DNA from: the human T2T-CHM13v2.0 reference genome, Homo sapiens
Length of the DNA: 64,000 nucleotides
Strand: one strand, 5' to 3'
NCBI RefSeq assembly: GCF_009914755.1
Contig: NC_060927.1
The notes under the pieces are model-generated. The model saw only the letters and a list, made by a program, of their open reading frames with translations. It had not been told where the DNA came from and did no database searches. Numbering within the stretch: position 1 is the stretch's first letter; every line of letters starts with the position of its first letter. Shown piece after piece: positions 63,180-64,000 of the stretch. Made by a program: the position numbers and the translations under genes.

Positions 63180-63850
63180 ACTCACACTTATTAGGATGGC
63201 TATTATCAAAAAAAGAAAGGAAAAAAATTAAGTATCGGCAAGGATGTGGAGAAACTGGAAATCCTGTGTGCTGCTGGTGAGACTGTAAAATGCTGCAATC
63301 ACTATGGAAAACATTATGGTGGGCCCTCAAAAAATTAAAAATGTAACTGCCGTATGATCCCACAATCCTATTTCTGGGTAAATATCCAAAAGAACTGAAA
63401 GCAGGGTCTTGAAGAAATATTTGCACACTCACATTCCTAACAGCATTATTCACAACAGCCAGGAGGAGGAAGCAACCCAACTGTCCATCAATGGATGGCT
63501 AGATAAAATGCGGTATATACATACAACGGAATATTATTCAGCCTGAAAAAGGAAGAAAATCCTGTCAACAACTACAACATGAATGAACCTTGCGGACTCT
63601 ACACTGAGTGAAATAAGCCAGTCGCAAAAAGACAAATACTTCTATGAGGTTTCTAACATGATCAAATTCACTGAAACAGAAAGCAGCACGTTGGTCACAA
63701 GGGGCTGGGAAGTGAGAGGAAAGGGGAGCAGTTGTTTATTCGGTATAGGATTTCAGTTTTGCAAGACGAAAGTGTTCTGAAGATTTGTTTCACAACAATA
63801 TGAATACATTTCACACTCCTGAACTGTACATTTAAAGATGGTGAAGATGG
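63180..63850 (+). mobile_element. L1MB-type 3' end
   Basis: GCAAGGATGTGGAGAAACTGGAA...CAGCATTATTCACAACAGCC...TTTCAGTTTTGCAAGACGAAAG. Confidence 0.8.
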
Positions 63851-64000
63851 CAAAGGGGTCATACTTTTGAAACTAGTATCTACAAATAAAGATAGGGTAA
63901 TGTCCTTTTATAAGGGCTAGTGAAACTATTAGATTTTAATAGAGTGGCAACAAATGAACTGGTAACTAAACTCATAAATGGACAGTATTATTACATAATC

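Overview
Primate, most likely human, genomic DNA inside the minus-strand gene DLG1 (SAP97). Two coding exons can be read directly, and the ORF track misses both. One is the 167-bp exon at 53922-54088 ([16 protein letters not shown]...LSPSVE). The other is the alpha-isoform N-terminal exon at 31484-31513 (MDCLCIVTTK, double-Cys palmitoylation motif), which sits in a roughly 5-kb transposon-poor island. The rest is intron filled with Alu, L1, MIR, DNA-transposon and LTR relics. These include a two-LTR, internally deleted HERVIP10-type (LTR10, tRNA-Pro primer site) provirus at 14190-20122, nested in an Alu inside an L1. Almost all listed ORFs are repeat-derived noise. I found no wholly new multi-gene system. 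The best leads are a chain of two TAATG stop/start-overlapping uORFs feeding the alpha-SAP97 ATG, a candidate 14-nt poison microexon, a tailless 5'-half tRNA-Met retrocopy, and a sense-oriented provirus with a triplicated splice donor. Repeat subfamily names and most repeat boundaries are by eye and approximate.
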